Below the pieces are notes generated by a model. That model was not told the origin of the DNA. It saw only the letters and a program-made list of their open reading frames with translations, and made no database searches. The translations under genes and the position numbers were made by a program. This document shows, one piece after another, positions 36,260 to 46,275 of a DNA stretch of 64,000 bases. The first letter of the stretch is position 1, and every line of letters begins with the position of its first letter. The DNA lies in IMG/VR virus record IMGVR_UViG_3300017917_002466, positions 186,001-250,000 of that record; one strand, 5' to 3'.

Positions 36260-37675
36260 TTAGTCCAATTTAATAGCTGACCAACTAGTATCTTTAAATA
36301 CTAAGATTTTACTTATACCTTTTTCTCTAAAAAATTCGTTAACAGCTTTTTTAACTCCTTCTTGATTATAATCGTGACCAGCTAAAATTCCACCCTTTTT
36401 AACTTTACTATACCAAGATTCTAAATCAGCTTTAACATATTCATATGAATGGTTGCCATCAATATATATCATATCAATAGAATCATTCTTAACTTGTTCA
36501 CAATATTTTTCTCCATATTCTTTAATCAATTCAACATGAGGATATTTTAAAAGTCTTTCTCTTGCTTTTTGTTCAATAATTGGCCAATAATTTCTTGGAT
36601 TTTCACCACCTTCATAAGATAAATCCATCCCCCATAAATCAATTGAAAAAACTTTTTTACAAAAAATAGCAAAAAGTTCAGTTGAAATTCCTAAATAACA
36701 TCCAATTTCTATTACTGTTTTTCCTTCCAACTTATAATGATTAATCAAATCTAATAATCCACCAGTAGTATTTTCTGGTGATCTGACATTAGAATTTGGC
36801 CCCATCCTAGGTTCTTTAATAATAGCTTCAATTCTTCTAGATGGTTTATTTTCATCATTACATAAAAGATGTTCGTACTTTATTAGATTACTTAAAATAT
36901 ACTTTGAACAATTTCTTTCGTCTAAAATTATTTTAGAAGGATTCCAACCAGGTCTTGAAATAACATCTTCCAAATTAGATATTTTTCTATCCATTGAATT
37001 TTTATAAAAGTCATTATTATATTCTACGTGTCCAAAAGATTTTAATTTAAGTTTAGCTTTTTCTGCACCACCTAACCAAGTATAATGCCAACCTGTTACT
37101 TTTCCATATTTTTCTTTGTTCACATAAAGAATTTCATCTGTATGATTTTTCCAATAATTCCCACTATAACTTCTAAAAGAATCAAAAGAATATTGTTTAA
37201 AATAACTATAATTACAAAGTCTTGTTCCACGCCAAGGTTGATTTACTATCGCATCTATGAAATAAGAATAAAGATCAACATTAAAAACAAATAATTTATT
37301 AGCTTGAAAATCATTCTTTAATAATTCTCTAAGTACTTCTGGATTTGGAATTTCATCCAAATCTGACATAAGAATAATATCATCATCTTTACAATTAACA
37401 AGAGATTGGGCTATACTATTTTTATGGTTTACATCTCTATCCCAATGATTCCATTTATTACCCATGTCATCTATAAACTTATTATGAATAATTTTATCTT
37501 CAAACTTTTTAAACCTATCTTTATTTTCTAAATAATAAAATGGTTTATCGTTTCCTTGAAAAGTTTTGTTACATTCCCCAATAACAAAATAATCAACATA
37601 AGGATCAAGCATTTCCATCCTAATTTCAAGTAAATCTAATTCATTTAGAAAAGGGAAGACATCATAAACTTTCAT
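36260..37675 (-). CDS. GT17-like (beta-1,4-GlcNAc transferase) fused to a Methyltransf_24-like domain
   Basis: FLNELDLLEIR, SDLDEIP, GWHYTW; then IEIGCYLG, IDGNH, GHDY. Confidence 0.88.
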   Translation of the reverse strand: MKVYDVFPFLNELDLLEIRMEMLDPYVDYFVIGECNKTFQGNDKPFYYLENKDRFKKFEDKIIHNKFIDDMGNKWNHWDRDVNHKNSIAQSLVNCKDDDIILMSDLDEIPNPEVLRELLKNDFQANKLFVFNVDLYSYFIDAIVNQPWRGTRLCNYSYFKQYSFDSFRSYSGNYWKNHTDEILYVNKEKYGKVTGWHYTWLGGAEKAKLKLKSFGHVEYNNDFYKNSMDRKISNLEDVISRPGWNPSKIILDERNCSKYILSNLIKYEHLLCNDENKPSRRIEAIIKEPRMGPNSNVRSPENTTGGLLDLINHYKLEGKTVIEIGCYLGISTELFAIFCKKVFSIDLWGMDLSYEGGENPRNYWPIIEQKARERLLKYPHVELIKEYGEKYCEQVKNDSIDMIYIDGNHSYEYVKADLESWYSKVKKGGILAGHDYNQEGVKKAVNEFFREKGISKILVFKDTSWSAIKLD

Positions 37676-37800
37676 TTTTTAACTCCTCTTATTAAAATTA
37701 AATCCACCGAAAACAAATTACTTTTATAATACCATTTATTCATTAATTTATTATATTCAATTTATTGTTCATCGCAAAATATTTTTATATTCTTAAATTT

Positions 37801-38676
37801 TTATTTGTAGCACTCAAAATTATACAAATAAGCATATTTACTTTCTTTAACTTCTTTTATAACTTCATCATAAGATTCTAATTTTTCTTTCCTACTTAAA
37901 TACATCCAACCCTTTGTAAAAATATTACTATTAGCCCAATAACCATCCGAAACATTATATCTTGCCCAATACTTAGGAGCAATAGTTAATTTTGACCTTT
38001 CATTTAACCAAGCTGGAAAATAAGCAAAAGATGAATTAGAAAGAATTAAATAATTAGCCTGATAAATCATAAAAAAATCAGTATTAATTCCAGTATGATA
38101 ACATTTCAAAGGAAATTCAGGAAACAAAGTTCTTGCATATGAAACATCATCAGTAATCACAGTAAACTTCACATCTGGATTTATTTTTCTTATTTGAGTA
38201 ATTGCATTATCCCAATATGATTTAGGGAGAAGTACTTCTCTAATTCCTTTATACTCTCCTCCACGAACATTAATAATACACTCATTATCATCAGTTCTCA
38301 TATTTTTATATGAATCTATATTTTTAATTTGAATCCATTGTCTAACTTTCTCTTTATCCAAATATTGTTCAGTCTGCCAACATCCTATTAATTTTGAATT
38401 ATCTTGAAGATCATCAAAATTATGATATAAATGTATATTCACCTCATCAACATGATGAATTTGAACTACTTTCTCTTTATATTCTCGTTCTATTTCAACA
38501 ACATCTTTACCATAATCCAAATCAAGAAAATCTATCTGTGATTGTCCACCGTAATAATCTCCATAAATTTTTTTAGTAAATCCCCATTCAAATCCTTTTC
38601 TTTCGGCTATTGAACGTAAAACAACATACTGCCAAATATGATTACCAAAATTACCTGTAAAATCAGTTGTTATCAT
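37801..38676 (-). CDS. GT11 fucosyltransferase-like (copy 2)
   Basis: GNFGNHIWQY, NVRGGEY, NSSFAYFPAWL. Confidence 0.85.
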   Translation of the reverse strand: MITTDFTGNFGNHIWQYVVLRSIAERKGFEWGFTKKIYGDYYGGQSQIDFLDLDYGKDVVEIEREYKEKVVQIHHVDEVNIHLYHNFDDLQDNSKLIGCWQTEQYLDKEKVRQWIQIKNIDSYKNMRTDDNECIINVRGGEYKGIREVLLPKSYWDNAITQIRKINPDVKFTVITDDVSYARTLFPEFPLKCYHTGINTDFFMIYQANYLILSNSSFAYFPAWLNERSKLTIAPKYWARYNVSDGYWANSNIFTKGWMYLSRKEKLESYDEVIKEVKESKYAYLYNFECYK

Positions 38677-39320
38677 ACTTTTCCCAATACAAAAACGTGA
38701 TTTCCTTTTCCGTAGGCAAAATCTTGCCAGTTATCTTTTAATCCTTGAACATGATTACAATGTTTAATAACTTTCCATTTATTCAATTCAAAATTCTTTA
38801 TCCACCAATCTTCATTTTCTGCAATTAAATGTGAAATTTCTAAATGATATTCATCAATCCTATATTTTCCATTATCTCCCATTGGAATAACACACATAAT
38901 TTTCGAACATACTTTAGAAATATTATCTAACATATCTATAAGCTGTTCTTTTGTTAAATGTTCCAAAACATCTTTCATAATAACATGAGTATAACCAGTA
39001 TTAGAATGTTTATCCCAAGAACTTTTATCTGAACAATTCCAACAACCTTCTGGGGCAAATGATAAAGCATAATCACTTATATCGCATCCATCTGCTTTAA
39101 TTTCTAATTGTCTAAAAGCTTTTACAATAAATCCTTTAGCACATCCAACATCAAGAACATAACTATTAGAATCTAAACCAAAATAATCAATAAAAGATAA
39201 AGCTTCTTTACAACTACGAATTGGCATCCATCTATAGTTAGTTAACCAACCTTTTCCTGATTGTCTTCCTCTTTCGTAATAATCAGCGTCATAAAAATCT
39301 CCTGTATATTTTTCAAACAA
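38673..39320 (-). CDS. Class I SAM methyltransferase
   Basis: LDVGCAKG, DVLEH. Confidence 0.85.
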   Translation of the reverse strand: MFEKYTGDFYDADYYERGRQSGKGWLTNYRWMPIRSCKEALSFIDYFGLDSNSYVLDVGCAKGFIVKAFRQLEIKADGCDISDYALSFAPEGCWNCSDKSSWDKHSNTGYTHVIMKDVLEHLTKEQLIDMLDNISKVCSKIMCVIPMGDNGKYRIDEYHLEISHLIAENEDWWIKNFELNKWKVIKHCNHVQGLKDNWQDFAYGKGNHVFVLGKV

Positions 39321-40245
39321 AATCTATATCCTCCATTTTTTGTAATAAATTATGTATGTATTCATTTTCATCTTTACCACAATTACAGAAAGTGCATCTA
39401 TATCCCAAATCATACACAGGATTATTTTCTAACCAGTTTTCTAAATCTTTAATTTTACAAAGTGCAAAATCTTCTGGTAATTTTCCTGGTGATTCAAAAG
39501 AAAGTTCCATAGATGGGCATGGTAGAAAATTACCTTTCCAATCAATTGCTGCTCTCAACCAAACCATATAACATCCCGAAGGTGTTCCAAATTCTTTACG
39601 AAAGAATATTAAAGGATTTCCATATTTACTTACTTCATTTACAACTTCATCTTCCCAAGATTTTTCACAAGGTCTATTTGGTGCAACTCTAACTATAGTA
39701 TTATTTTCTTTTGCAAAATTATATATGTTTTTAATTTCTTCAAGACTTTTCTGGTTATATACTATAAATGACATACTTCTTTTAACATTTGATGGAATAT
39801 GATTTAAGTTTATTTTCTTTGCATAGCTTGCAGATTGTACGCTGACTCTTATCCAACTAAAATTACTAAATAATTCTGGCTTATATTTCTCTAAATCTAA
39901 ACCATTAGTAACTAATGACAATTTTAAATTCTTACTATGTGCATATTCAATAGCAGATTCAAAATGTGTCCATAAAAGCGGATCACCACCACCACTAAAT
40001 TCAAGAGCTTTTAATCCTTTCTTTGTAAGAACATCAACTACTAGTTTAAAATCTTCAATTGATAATTCAGACGAATCTTTATTTTCATTTTTAAAACAAC
40101 AATACTTACATTTTAATTGACATCTTATATTTGGAAAAACTGAAATATGAATCGGTGAAACAATTTCTCTTTTCTCTAACTTTGCAAGATGTTCTTGGTG
40201 ATGAATTAATTTATGTACTCCAGGTGAAAAACTTTTTAAGCTCAT
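39313..40245 (-). CDS. Radical SAM enzyme with C-terminal Cys cluster
   Basis: CQLKCKYC, FSGGGDP, GNFLPC, CTFC. Confidence 0.88.
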   Translation of the reverse strand: MSLKSFSPGVHKLIHHQEHLAKLEKREIVSPIHISVFPNIRCQLKCKYCCFKNENKDSSELSIEDFKLVVDVLTKKGLKALEFSGGGDPLLWTHFESAIEYAHSKNLKLSLVTNGLDLEKYKPELFSNFSWIRVSVQSASYAKKINLNHIPSNVKRSMSFIVYNQKSLEEIKNIYNFAKENNTIVRVAPNRPCEKSWEDEVVNEVSKYGNPLIFFRKEFGTPSGCYMVWLRAAIDWKGNFLPCPSMELSFESPGKLPEDFALCKIKDLENWLENNPVYDLGYRCTFCNCGKDENEYIHNLLQKMEDIDFV

Positions 40246-40916
40246 TTTAATTCCTCCACAGCTTGAAGTTCACCTTTTAGAATCATCCATAAAGCCCTTT
40301 CTATAATATGACCTTCTGTTGGATTTTTAGCAACAAGATGATCTTTTAAATTCTGCCAAAAAGAAATAGAATAAAATAAAGCCTGTCTTTTTTCAATTAA
40401 GTATTGTGAACCTGGACAAAATCTTATCCAATCGACATGATTGTAGTTAGCAAAAATTGTATTCATAAACTCATCAAACGAACTATATTTACATCCTTGA
40501 CTATAAGTTTTATTACATTCTGGTATATACCAGGAATTATTTATTTCCATATATCCACCATCTTCAGCTTTTTTATGGCATCCTTCTGCTTTAACATGAC
40601 TATAATCTTCTAATGAAGTAAATTCATTATTTAAAATAAGTTTATCGAAAGTTTCTTTTTTACAATGGTCAAAAGGAAAAGCTTGAACAAATGCCATTAA
40701 ATTTGGTAAGTTATCATAATTACTTATTATAAAATCAAAAATATCTCTTTGATTTCCACCAAGATTTTCTACATTCAAAATATGATTATTATTTTCTATT
40801 ACTTCTCCTTTATTGTAAACAACATAATTATCAGTATATTCTTCAACCCAAGAATAATCTTCTTTAAATCTACTTATAATTATTTTAGCTTTAATTTCCA
40901 TTTTTATTTTCTCCAA
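40242..40916 (-). CDS. DUF3431-like glycan-associated protein
   Basis: IISRFKED, VYNKG, PFDHC, GHIIERAL. Confidence 0.7.
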   Translation of the reverse strand: MEKIKMEIKAKIIISRFKEDYSWVEEYTDNYVVYNKGEVIENNNHILNVENLGGNQRDIFDFIISNYDNLPNLMAFVQAFPFDHCKKETFDKLILNNEFTSLEDYSHVKAEGCHKKAEDGGYMEINNSWYIPECNKTYSQGCKYSSFDEFMNTIFANYNHVDWIRFCPGSQYLIEKRQALFYSISFWQNLKDHLVAKNPTEGHIIERALWMILKGELQAVEELK

Positions 40917-41101
40917 TAACTATATATATTTTATCAATTTCATACTTCACAAATTTTTGTTCTCGTCTTGGTTGTTTCGTGGCTCAATTAAACATTTCAT
41001 AAACTACTTTCTCAATATCAGTTTTATCTTTCAAATATCAAGTAAGTATCTTGAAAAGTTATTTTTATTAAATCAGCAACACCAGTAATAAATATATTCA
41101 T
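40904..41101 (-). pseudogene. NAD-dependent epimerase/dehydratase reduced to head and tail stubs
   Basis: MNIFITGVA (Rossmann start) coupled by ATGA to the upstream gene; tail KTDIEKVVYEMFN*ATKQPRREQKFVKYEIDK plus frameshifted IYSYWRK*. Confidence 0.65.
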
Positions 41102-41760
41102 TGAACAACTTCTCTAAAATGTGAACCATATTCATTCCATCCATGAAAACCAAAAGGTGTAATGCCTTGAATCTCTGGTACATTTTTTTCATGTGAAAAA
41201 TACTTAGCAACTTCTATTGGGGCATATTTAATACCAGCTTTAAGAAAAGCTTCTCTATTATACACACAAACATTTCCATCTTCATTATAAAAACCTCTTT
41301 CGTGAGTAAATCCAATATTGTATTTTTTAGGAGCTTCAAGAAGCTTTTTACTTCTTAAAGTAAAACCTCCATTTCCAACTCTAACATGCTCTCCTTGTGG
41401 AGAAATATATGAATCTTCTGAATAAGGCCATATAGCGCCAATATAATCATACTGTAAAAATTCTTCTCTCCATAAATGAGGATTCGTAATAAACCCATCA
41501 TATTGAACCAATATACAAAAATCAGTATCAATATAGTCTACTAAATCTTCAAATACAAAACGATTATACTTAATATAAGTATCCATTGGATAACATTCAC
41601 AAAATTGAATATTAGATGGTAAATTTTTAGGCCAAATATGACTTACAAATTTAACAGTACCAAAGTTAATTCCTTGCATACTATACAACATTGCTTTAAT
41701 AGTATCTTCAATATGAGAACCTGTTGGAGCTACTAAAGTAATATTAGATAAATTCAACAT
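41098..41760 (-). CDS. DUF5672-like GT-A protein
   Basis: VQYDGF..NP..W..EFLQYDYIGA.W, VGNGGFTLRSK, NED, FGFHG. Confidence 0.8.
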   Translation of the reverse strand: MLNLSNITLVAPTGSHIEDTIKAMLYSMQGINFGTVKFVSHIWPKNLPSNIQFCECYPMDTYIKYNRFVFEDLVDYIDTDFCILVQYDGFITNPHLWREEFLQYDYIGAIWPYSEDSYISPQGEHVRVGNGGFTLRSKKLLEAPKKYNIGFTHERGFYNEDGNVCVYNREAFLKAGIKYAPIEVAKYFSHEKNVPEIQGITPFGFHGWNEYGSHFREVVQ

Positions 41761-41765
41761 AATTA

Positions 41766-42467
41766 TTAACTCCTATTTTTATATTTTAACAATATATATT
41801 GTGTTTCTCTATTGACTAATTCTTTATTTATTATTGAATTTGTAACACTTCCACTCCAAGTTCTATTGACTATTGTTATTTCATTGAGAATTAACGGCAA
41901 CCCATACTTTTCTTTAATTCTTTTATAAAATTCACAATCCATAAACCATATCAAATTTTCATCAAAAAATATTGAACCTTCATTTATAAAACTTAAACAA
42001 CTATGAGTTCCTATAGTATTATGAAAATGAATATTATCATTCCATTCTGGAATGTGTTCTCTATAATAATTGATTCCATCGTTAGAATGTATATACTTTG
42101 AAACCAACCATTTTGCATTAGGATTTTTATTTAGGATTTCATAAGTATTTAACAAAGATTCTGTATTAAAAAGAAAATCGTCTTGACAAAGAACTTTAAT
42201 AAACTTACCTTGACTTTTTCTTATACAATTATTAACATTTGCCGATGAATTCCCTCTTTTTTCTTCAAACTTAAAATACTTAATATCTAAACATTTGCTC
42301 CAAGATGCACACAATCCTTTTATTGATTCATCAACTGAATGATCTGAAACAATAACTTCAAAATCTTTAAAAGTTTGTTTTTCTAATATAGCAAGCGATT
42401 GGTTTAAAAAATTCAAACCAAATCCGTGCATCTCATAACAAGGTATTACAACACTTATTAATATCAT
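41766..42467 (-). CDS. GT2 glycosyltransferase
   Basis: SVVIPCYE, VSDHS, LCQDD, MDCE. Confidence 0.88.
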   Translation of the reverse strand: MILISVVIPCYEMHGFGLNFLNQSLAILEKQTFKDFEVIVSDHSVDESIKGLCASWSKCLDIKYFKFEEKRGNSSANVNNCIRKSQGKFIKVLCQDDFLFNTESLLNTYEILNKNPNAKWLVSKYIHSNDGINYYREHIPEWNDNIHFHNTIGTHSCLSFINEGSIFFDENLIWFMDCEFYKRIKEKYGLPLILNEITIVNRTWSGSVTNSIINKELVNRETQYILLKYKNRS

Positions 42468-43195
42468 AATTTCTCATATGGTTTTTTGTTTTTAATTTCA
42501 TTAGCAGAATTCAACTGTTGCATTACATTTTTTCTAAAGTCATTGATTGGATTATTGTCGTTATAAACATACAACGTCTTTTCTATAAATCGGATTCTTT
42601 CAGCCCCACTCATTTCAAGCAAAGGATACATTATAGCCATATCCCACGCCATTGCATAATATCTTCCAAACGCATCTCTCAAATCCTTATCTTCTATCTT
42701 TTTCCATAGCCAATATTTGAATGTTCTTAAGTGTGAAGTTACCCAGGAGTCTTTTCTATAATTTTGAATACTTGGAATTGGTTTACAAAAGCCATTATGC
42801 ATACCAGATTCGCTTACAAAAGAGCCATAAGTCATCCAATTTTTCTCTTTAGTATAAACTTCATCTAAATAGCTTAAAACGTATTGGTCATAAAGCCAAT
42901 CATCACCATCTAATAAAACTATTACTTCTTCATCATCTTTACAAATACTTTGAATTCCATAAACTATATTTTCCATTGCTCCAATATTTAAACTTCTTTT
43001 CATTACCTTAAAAAATTCTTTTAAGTTATGACTTTTAATAGTTTCCTTAATAGATTCAATCGTTTTATCCGTTGAGTTATCATCTATTATAATTGCTTTC
43101 CAATTCTTATATTCTTGGTTTATTAGTGATTCAATACACTTAGAAATCCATTTCTCTGAATTATAAACTGGTATTATTATTCTAAAGCTTATCAT
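42464..43195 (-). CDS. GT2 glycosyltransferase
   Basis: IIIPVYN, IDDNSTD, LDGDD. Confidence 0.92.
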   Translation of the reverse strand: MISFRIIIPVYNSEKWISKCIESLINQEYKNWKAIIIDDNSTDKTIESIKETIKSHNLKEFFKVMKRSLNIGAMENIVYGIQSICKDDEEVIVLLDGDDWLYDQYVLSYLDEVYTKEKNWMTYGSFVSESGMHNGFCKPIPSIQNYRKDSWVTSHLRTFKYWLWKKIEDKDLRDAFGRYYAMAWDMAIMYPLLEMSGAERIRFIEKTLYVYNDNNPINDFRKNVMQQLNSANEIKNKKPYEKL

Positions 43196-43998
43196 ATTCT
43201 AAGTTCCTTTATCCATTTTTCAACAATTTTTTGCTTATCAAATTCATACTCAATATTCAAATAGTTTTTTCCTTCAATAACATGAAGCTTTTTATCTGCC
43301 ATTCTAGCCTCACCAGGAACATAAGGAGCACATTCTCTAATAGAAGAAAAGTAAAGATCAGTAAAGGAATCATACATCTTTTGCTTGTTTTCTTCGTATC
43401 CTTTATAAACTACTTTATTTCCATCCACTAATTTTGAAACTTCGGTCTGCCAATACCAAGGGTCTGTTATTGCTCCATATATATAAATCTTTTCACAACC
43501 ATCTTCTAATGCTCTCTTGATAGAAAGATGGACTTGTTTATTCTTATCTACAGAACCAACTATTCCTCCAATTTTTCCTTGAAGATTAGAATTGGGCTTT
43601 AAATCTTCAAGAATATTGGGAAGTATGAAGTATGGATGATCTAGTCCATGATAATTCCTCTGGTGTTCGCTAACATAATGAATCTTGTCAAATATCTCAT
43701 ACTTTATATTTACGAGTGGAAATATGTCTTGTTCGTGGCAGGAAAGGAAAAAACCTTTGATTGGTGGTCTTTCAATGAAGTTACTTCTAAAATGGACTAC
43801 TAAAGTATCTTCTTTATTAACTTTAAGTCTACTATTTGGAGTATACTGTTCTGCTTTGCACTTATTCAAATGCCATGAGTGGGGCCCCATGAATACTGTT
43901 TCATAGCCGGACTCGTTCAAAGCATTAGTCAAATTTATGAAAGAAACAGTTGATCCACCTTGAGCACTCCACCCACTGAGTATAATTATTTTTCCCAT
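43192..43998 (-). CDS. GT-B-like glycosyltransferase
   Basis: GGSTVSFINLTNAL, ECAPYVPGEA; context. Confidence 0.65.
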   Translation of the reverse strand: MGKIIILSGWSAQGGSTVSFINLTNALNESGYETVFMGPHSWHLNKCKAEQYTPNSRLKVNKEDTLVVHFRSNFIERPPIKGFFLSCHEQDIFPLVNIKYEIFDKIHYVSEHQRNYHGLDHPYFILPNILEDLKPNSNLQGKIGGIVGSVDKNKQVHLSIKRALEDGCEKIYIYGAITDPWYWQTEVSKLVDGNKVVYKGYEENKQKMYDSFTDLYFSSIRECAPYVPGEARMADKKLHVIEGKNYLNIEYEFDKQKIVEKWIKELRI

Positions 43999-44174
43999 TA
44001 AACACCCTCTAATATTTTAGAAGCTCTTGAACTCATAAACTTTAATAAAGTTTTATTCCATTTTTCTCCGTTAAACAATCTTGAAGCAATATTATTATTT
44101 TGAATAATATGTTGTATTTTTCCAATAATATCTTCCATGAAATAATTAGAATAGTCAAATGTACCACCGCTCAT
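43998..44174 (-). CDS. Small hypothetical protein (MSGGTFDY), possibly truncated
   Basis: Manual translation, 58 aa, stop coupled to the next start. Confidence 0.5.
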   Translation of the reverse strand: MSGGTFDYSNYFMEDIIGKIQHIIQNNNIASRLFNGEKWNKTLLKFMSSRASKILEGV

Positions 44175-44190
44175 AAAAACCCCTAAAAAT

Positions 44191-44226
44191 GAAAAGAAAG
44201 GAATAAAGTCATTACAACTTTATTCC
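44191..44226 (-). terminator. Intrinsic terminator
   Basis: GGAATAAAGT/ACTTTATTCC stem then TTTCTTTTC. Confidence 0.7.
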
Positions 44227-44241
44227 CCTCTAATACGAAGA

Positions 44242-44394
44242 TCAGGCAGACTCTTGAATGATCTCATGAACTCTTGACTTACTCACTCCGGTGATCTCCG
44301 CAATCTGCCTAGTACTCTTACCCTTATCATGGTAAAGCTTACAAATCCTCTCGTCACGCTTCGCCCTCTGCTTCTCAGTCAACACCTTTGCCAT
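44242..44394 (-). CDS. 50-aa helix-turn-helix DNA-binding protein (below ORF-track cutoff)
   Basis: MAKVLTEKQRAKRDERICKLYHDKGKSTRQIAEITGVSKSRVHEIIQESA; GGAGG RBS; own promoter and terminator. Confidence 0.8.
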   Translation of the reverse strand: MAKVLTEKQRAKRDERICKLYHDKGKSTRQIAEITGVSKSRVHEIIQESA

Positions 44395-44465
44395 ACAAAC
44401 CTCCTATCAAAAAAGTGAAAGTGATTAATAAAATGGTTCAAACACTTCTATGAACCAACAATATA

Positions 44466-44494
44466 ATGATAACATTTTCTTTTATATATGTCAA
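44466..44494 (-). promoter_or_regulatory. sigma70-type promoter for the HTH gene
   Basis: TTGACA-17-TATCAT. Confidence 0.65.
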
Positions 44495-44501
44495 TGGTTT
44501 T

Positions 44502-44882
44502 TTATGAAACAACAAATAATCTTACAAAAAATATTTCAGCCTTATTATAATCTTCAACCCAATCATAAATAATAGCTTCTGGATTTCCTTCTTCATCATC
44601 ATAAGTTACTTCTGTTGCCAACTCTTTTAAAGTTTTATCACAAAACTCTTTATATTGCTTAGTATCCATTTCATAAAGATAGACAAGTCCATTAAGAGCT
44701 TTAACATCTTTAAAAAAGTCATCATTTTTCAATTCCTCTAAAGAATTCCATTTAAATATTTTAGCAGCTAATGGTACATTATTAATTAGTGTTACCGGAG
44801 CAAAAGCTACTTCAACTTTTTCAACACCGAGTTCTTTCTGAATAAATTCTTTTGTTAGATAAAAAGTATTTACATATTTCAT
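44502..44882 (-). CDS. Hypothetical protein
   Basis: 126 aa; AGGAGG RBS. Confidence 0.65.
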   Translation of the reverse strand: MKYVNTFYLTKEFIQKELGVEKVEVAFAPVTLINNVPLAAKIFKWNSLEELKNDDFFKDVKALNGLVYLYEMDTKQYKEFCDKTLKELATEVTYDDEEGNPEAIIYDWVEDYNKAEIFFVRLFVVS

Positions 44883-44979
44883 TATAAGCCTCCTATTTCG
44901 GGATTATATTTCCCCAAACAAAATATTGCTTCTTTAGAAACTTCGGATAAGCTATCTATAGTTTTATATTCAAAAAATT

Positions 44980-45153
44980 TCATATTCCCTCCATATGTTT
45001 GATATGTTTTTCAAACCCTTCATAATTTTCTTTGGCTATCTTTCTAGTTTCTTCATCTGGAGCCATTTCTATTTGTTTCCCCATCATAGAAAGAATTGAT
45101 TTAGCATTCTCAATTTCCTTTTTCAGTTCTTCTTTTTGAGTTTCAGTTATCAT
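44980..45153 (-). CDS. Small coiled-coil hypothetical protein
   Basis: Manual translation MITETQKEELKKE..., 57 aa, GGAG RBS. Confidence 0.55.
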   Translation of the reverse strand: MITETQKEELKKEIENAKSILSMMGKQIEMAPDEETRKIAKENYEGFEKHIKHMEGI

Positions 45154-45201
45154 AATTTAAACTCCTTTGTAAAATTGTATCAATACTAACTATTGAAAAT
45201 A

Positions 45202-45747
45202 TTAAAAAATACGATCATTTAGTTTTATAAAAATATCATCAATCAAAATTGGTTTAAATCCTATCATTTCAACGGAACAATTAAACATATTACTTTTTAG
45301 TTTATCATTTGCTTCTTTATCATTATGAATATGCCCACACAATTCAATATCTTCATCAAAATCATAAATTGGTTCGTGACAAAGTAATATTGTTTTATCT
45401 TTATATTTAAGACTAATAGGACCATCATACGCATTAATTGTAGTATATTCGTTCAAATAAGTATCGTGATTTCCTAGAAGAAATTTTTTAATACCTGGTA
45501 AACTATCATAAAGTATTTGTGCGGTGGCATATTTGTTTGGATGACCAATTACCCAATCGCCCAAATGAAATATAATATCTTCTGGTGATACTGTTTCACA
45601 CCAATTCATATACATCAGTTCATTCATTTGTTCAATGCTTATAAATTGCTTTCTAAGCCCAAAATCAAATGCTAAACGACTATGAAACCAATGACAATCA
45701 CTAATAACATAAAAAGGTTTATCAAATTCTCCAATAAAATTAATCAA
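45202..45747 (-). CDS. Calcineurin-like metallophosphoesterase
   Basis: SDCH, HLGD, GNHD, HEP, GHIH. Confidence 0.92.
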   Translation of the reverse strand: MINFIGEFDKPFYVISDCHWFHSRLAFDFGLRKQFISIEQMNELMYMNWCETVSPEDIIFHLGDWVIGHPNKYATAQILYDSLPGIKKFLLGNHDTYLNEYTTINAYDGPISLKYKDKTILLCHEPIYDFDEDIELCGHIHNDKEANDKLKSNMFNCSVEMIGFKPILIDDIFIKLNDRIF

Positions 45748-46265
45748 TGAAAACTCCTTTCAAGTTGTTCTTTATAAACTTGTAACTTCAAAAATTTCTC
45801 TGTACTTCCACCCTTATCTGGATGGTATTTCAAAACAAGTGATCTATAGCTTCTTACTAATTCTTCCTTTGTAAAGTTTGGTTTCAATCCCAAGAAAACT
45901 AAAGCTTCATTCTTTACTTCAGCAATATTAATCTTCGTTGTAGAGTATCTAAACTCTAAGTCTAGAAACTTCTTATTGATGATGAAGATATAATAGTTCA
46001 ATCCAATGTTTCTAATTCTACTGAATACAGATACCCAAATCAAATTACAGTTGGCATTCTTTACAGAATTATATATAGTATCCATATACTTCAAGGTTTT
46101 ATTAACGGCTTCAACAAAATTATGTGGACAACCTAAAATTATCTTACCGTTCTCATCAGAAATCTCATTGTAGAAATCTATCCACAACTGGTCTATGATA
46201 TAGGATGTTTGATCTGGGTGTGCGCGTAAGTAGTTAACCAACTCAACTACATTCAACATTATCAA
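45744..46265 (-). CDS. Protein with C-terminal DnaJ (J) domain
   Basis: LGL...[15 protein letters not shown]. Confidence 0.85.
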   Translation of the reverse strand: MIMLNVVELVNYLRAHPDQTSYIIDQLWIDFYNEISDENGKIILGCPHNFVEAVNKTLKYMDTIYNSVKNANCNLIWVSVFSRIRNIGLNYYIFIINKKFLDLEFRYSTTKINIAEVKNEALVFLGLKPNFTKEELVRSYRSLVLKYHPDKGGSTEKFLKLQVYKEQLERSFH

Positions 46266-46275
46266 CCTCTTTCAA

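Noticed and set aside
37676-37800. Possible decayed gene tail in an intergenic gap
   Set aside because: Short AT-rich frames with no recognisable motif
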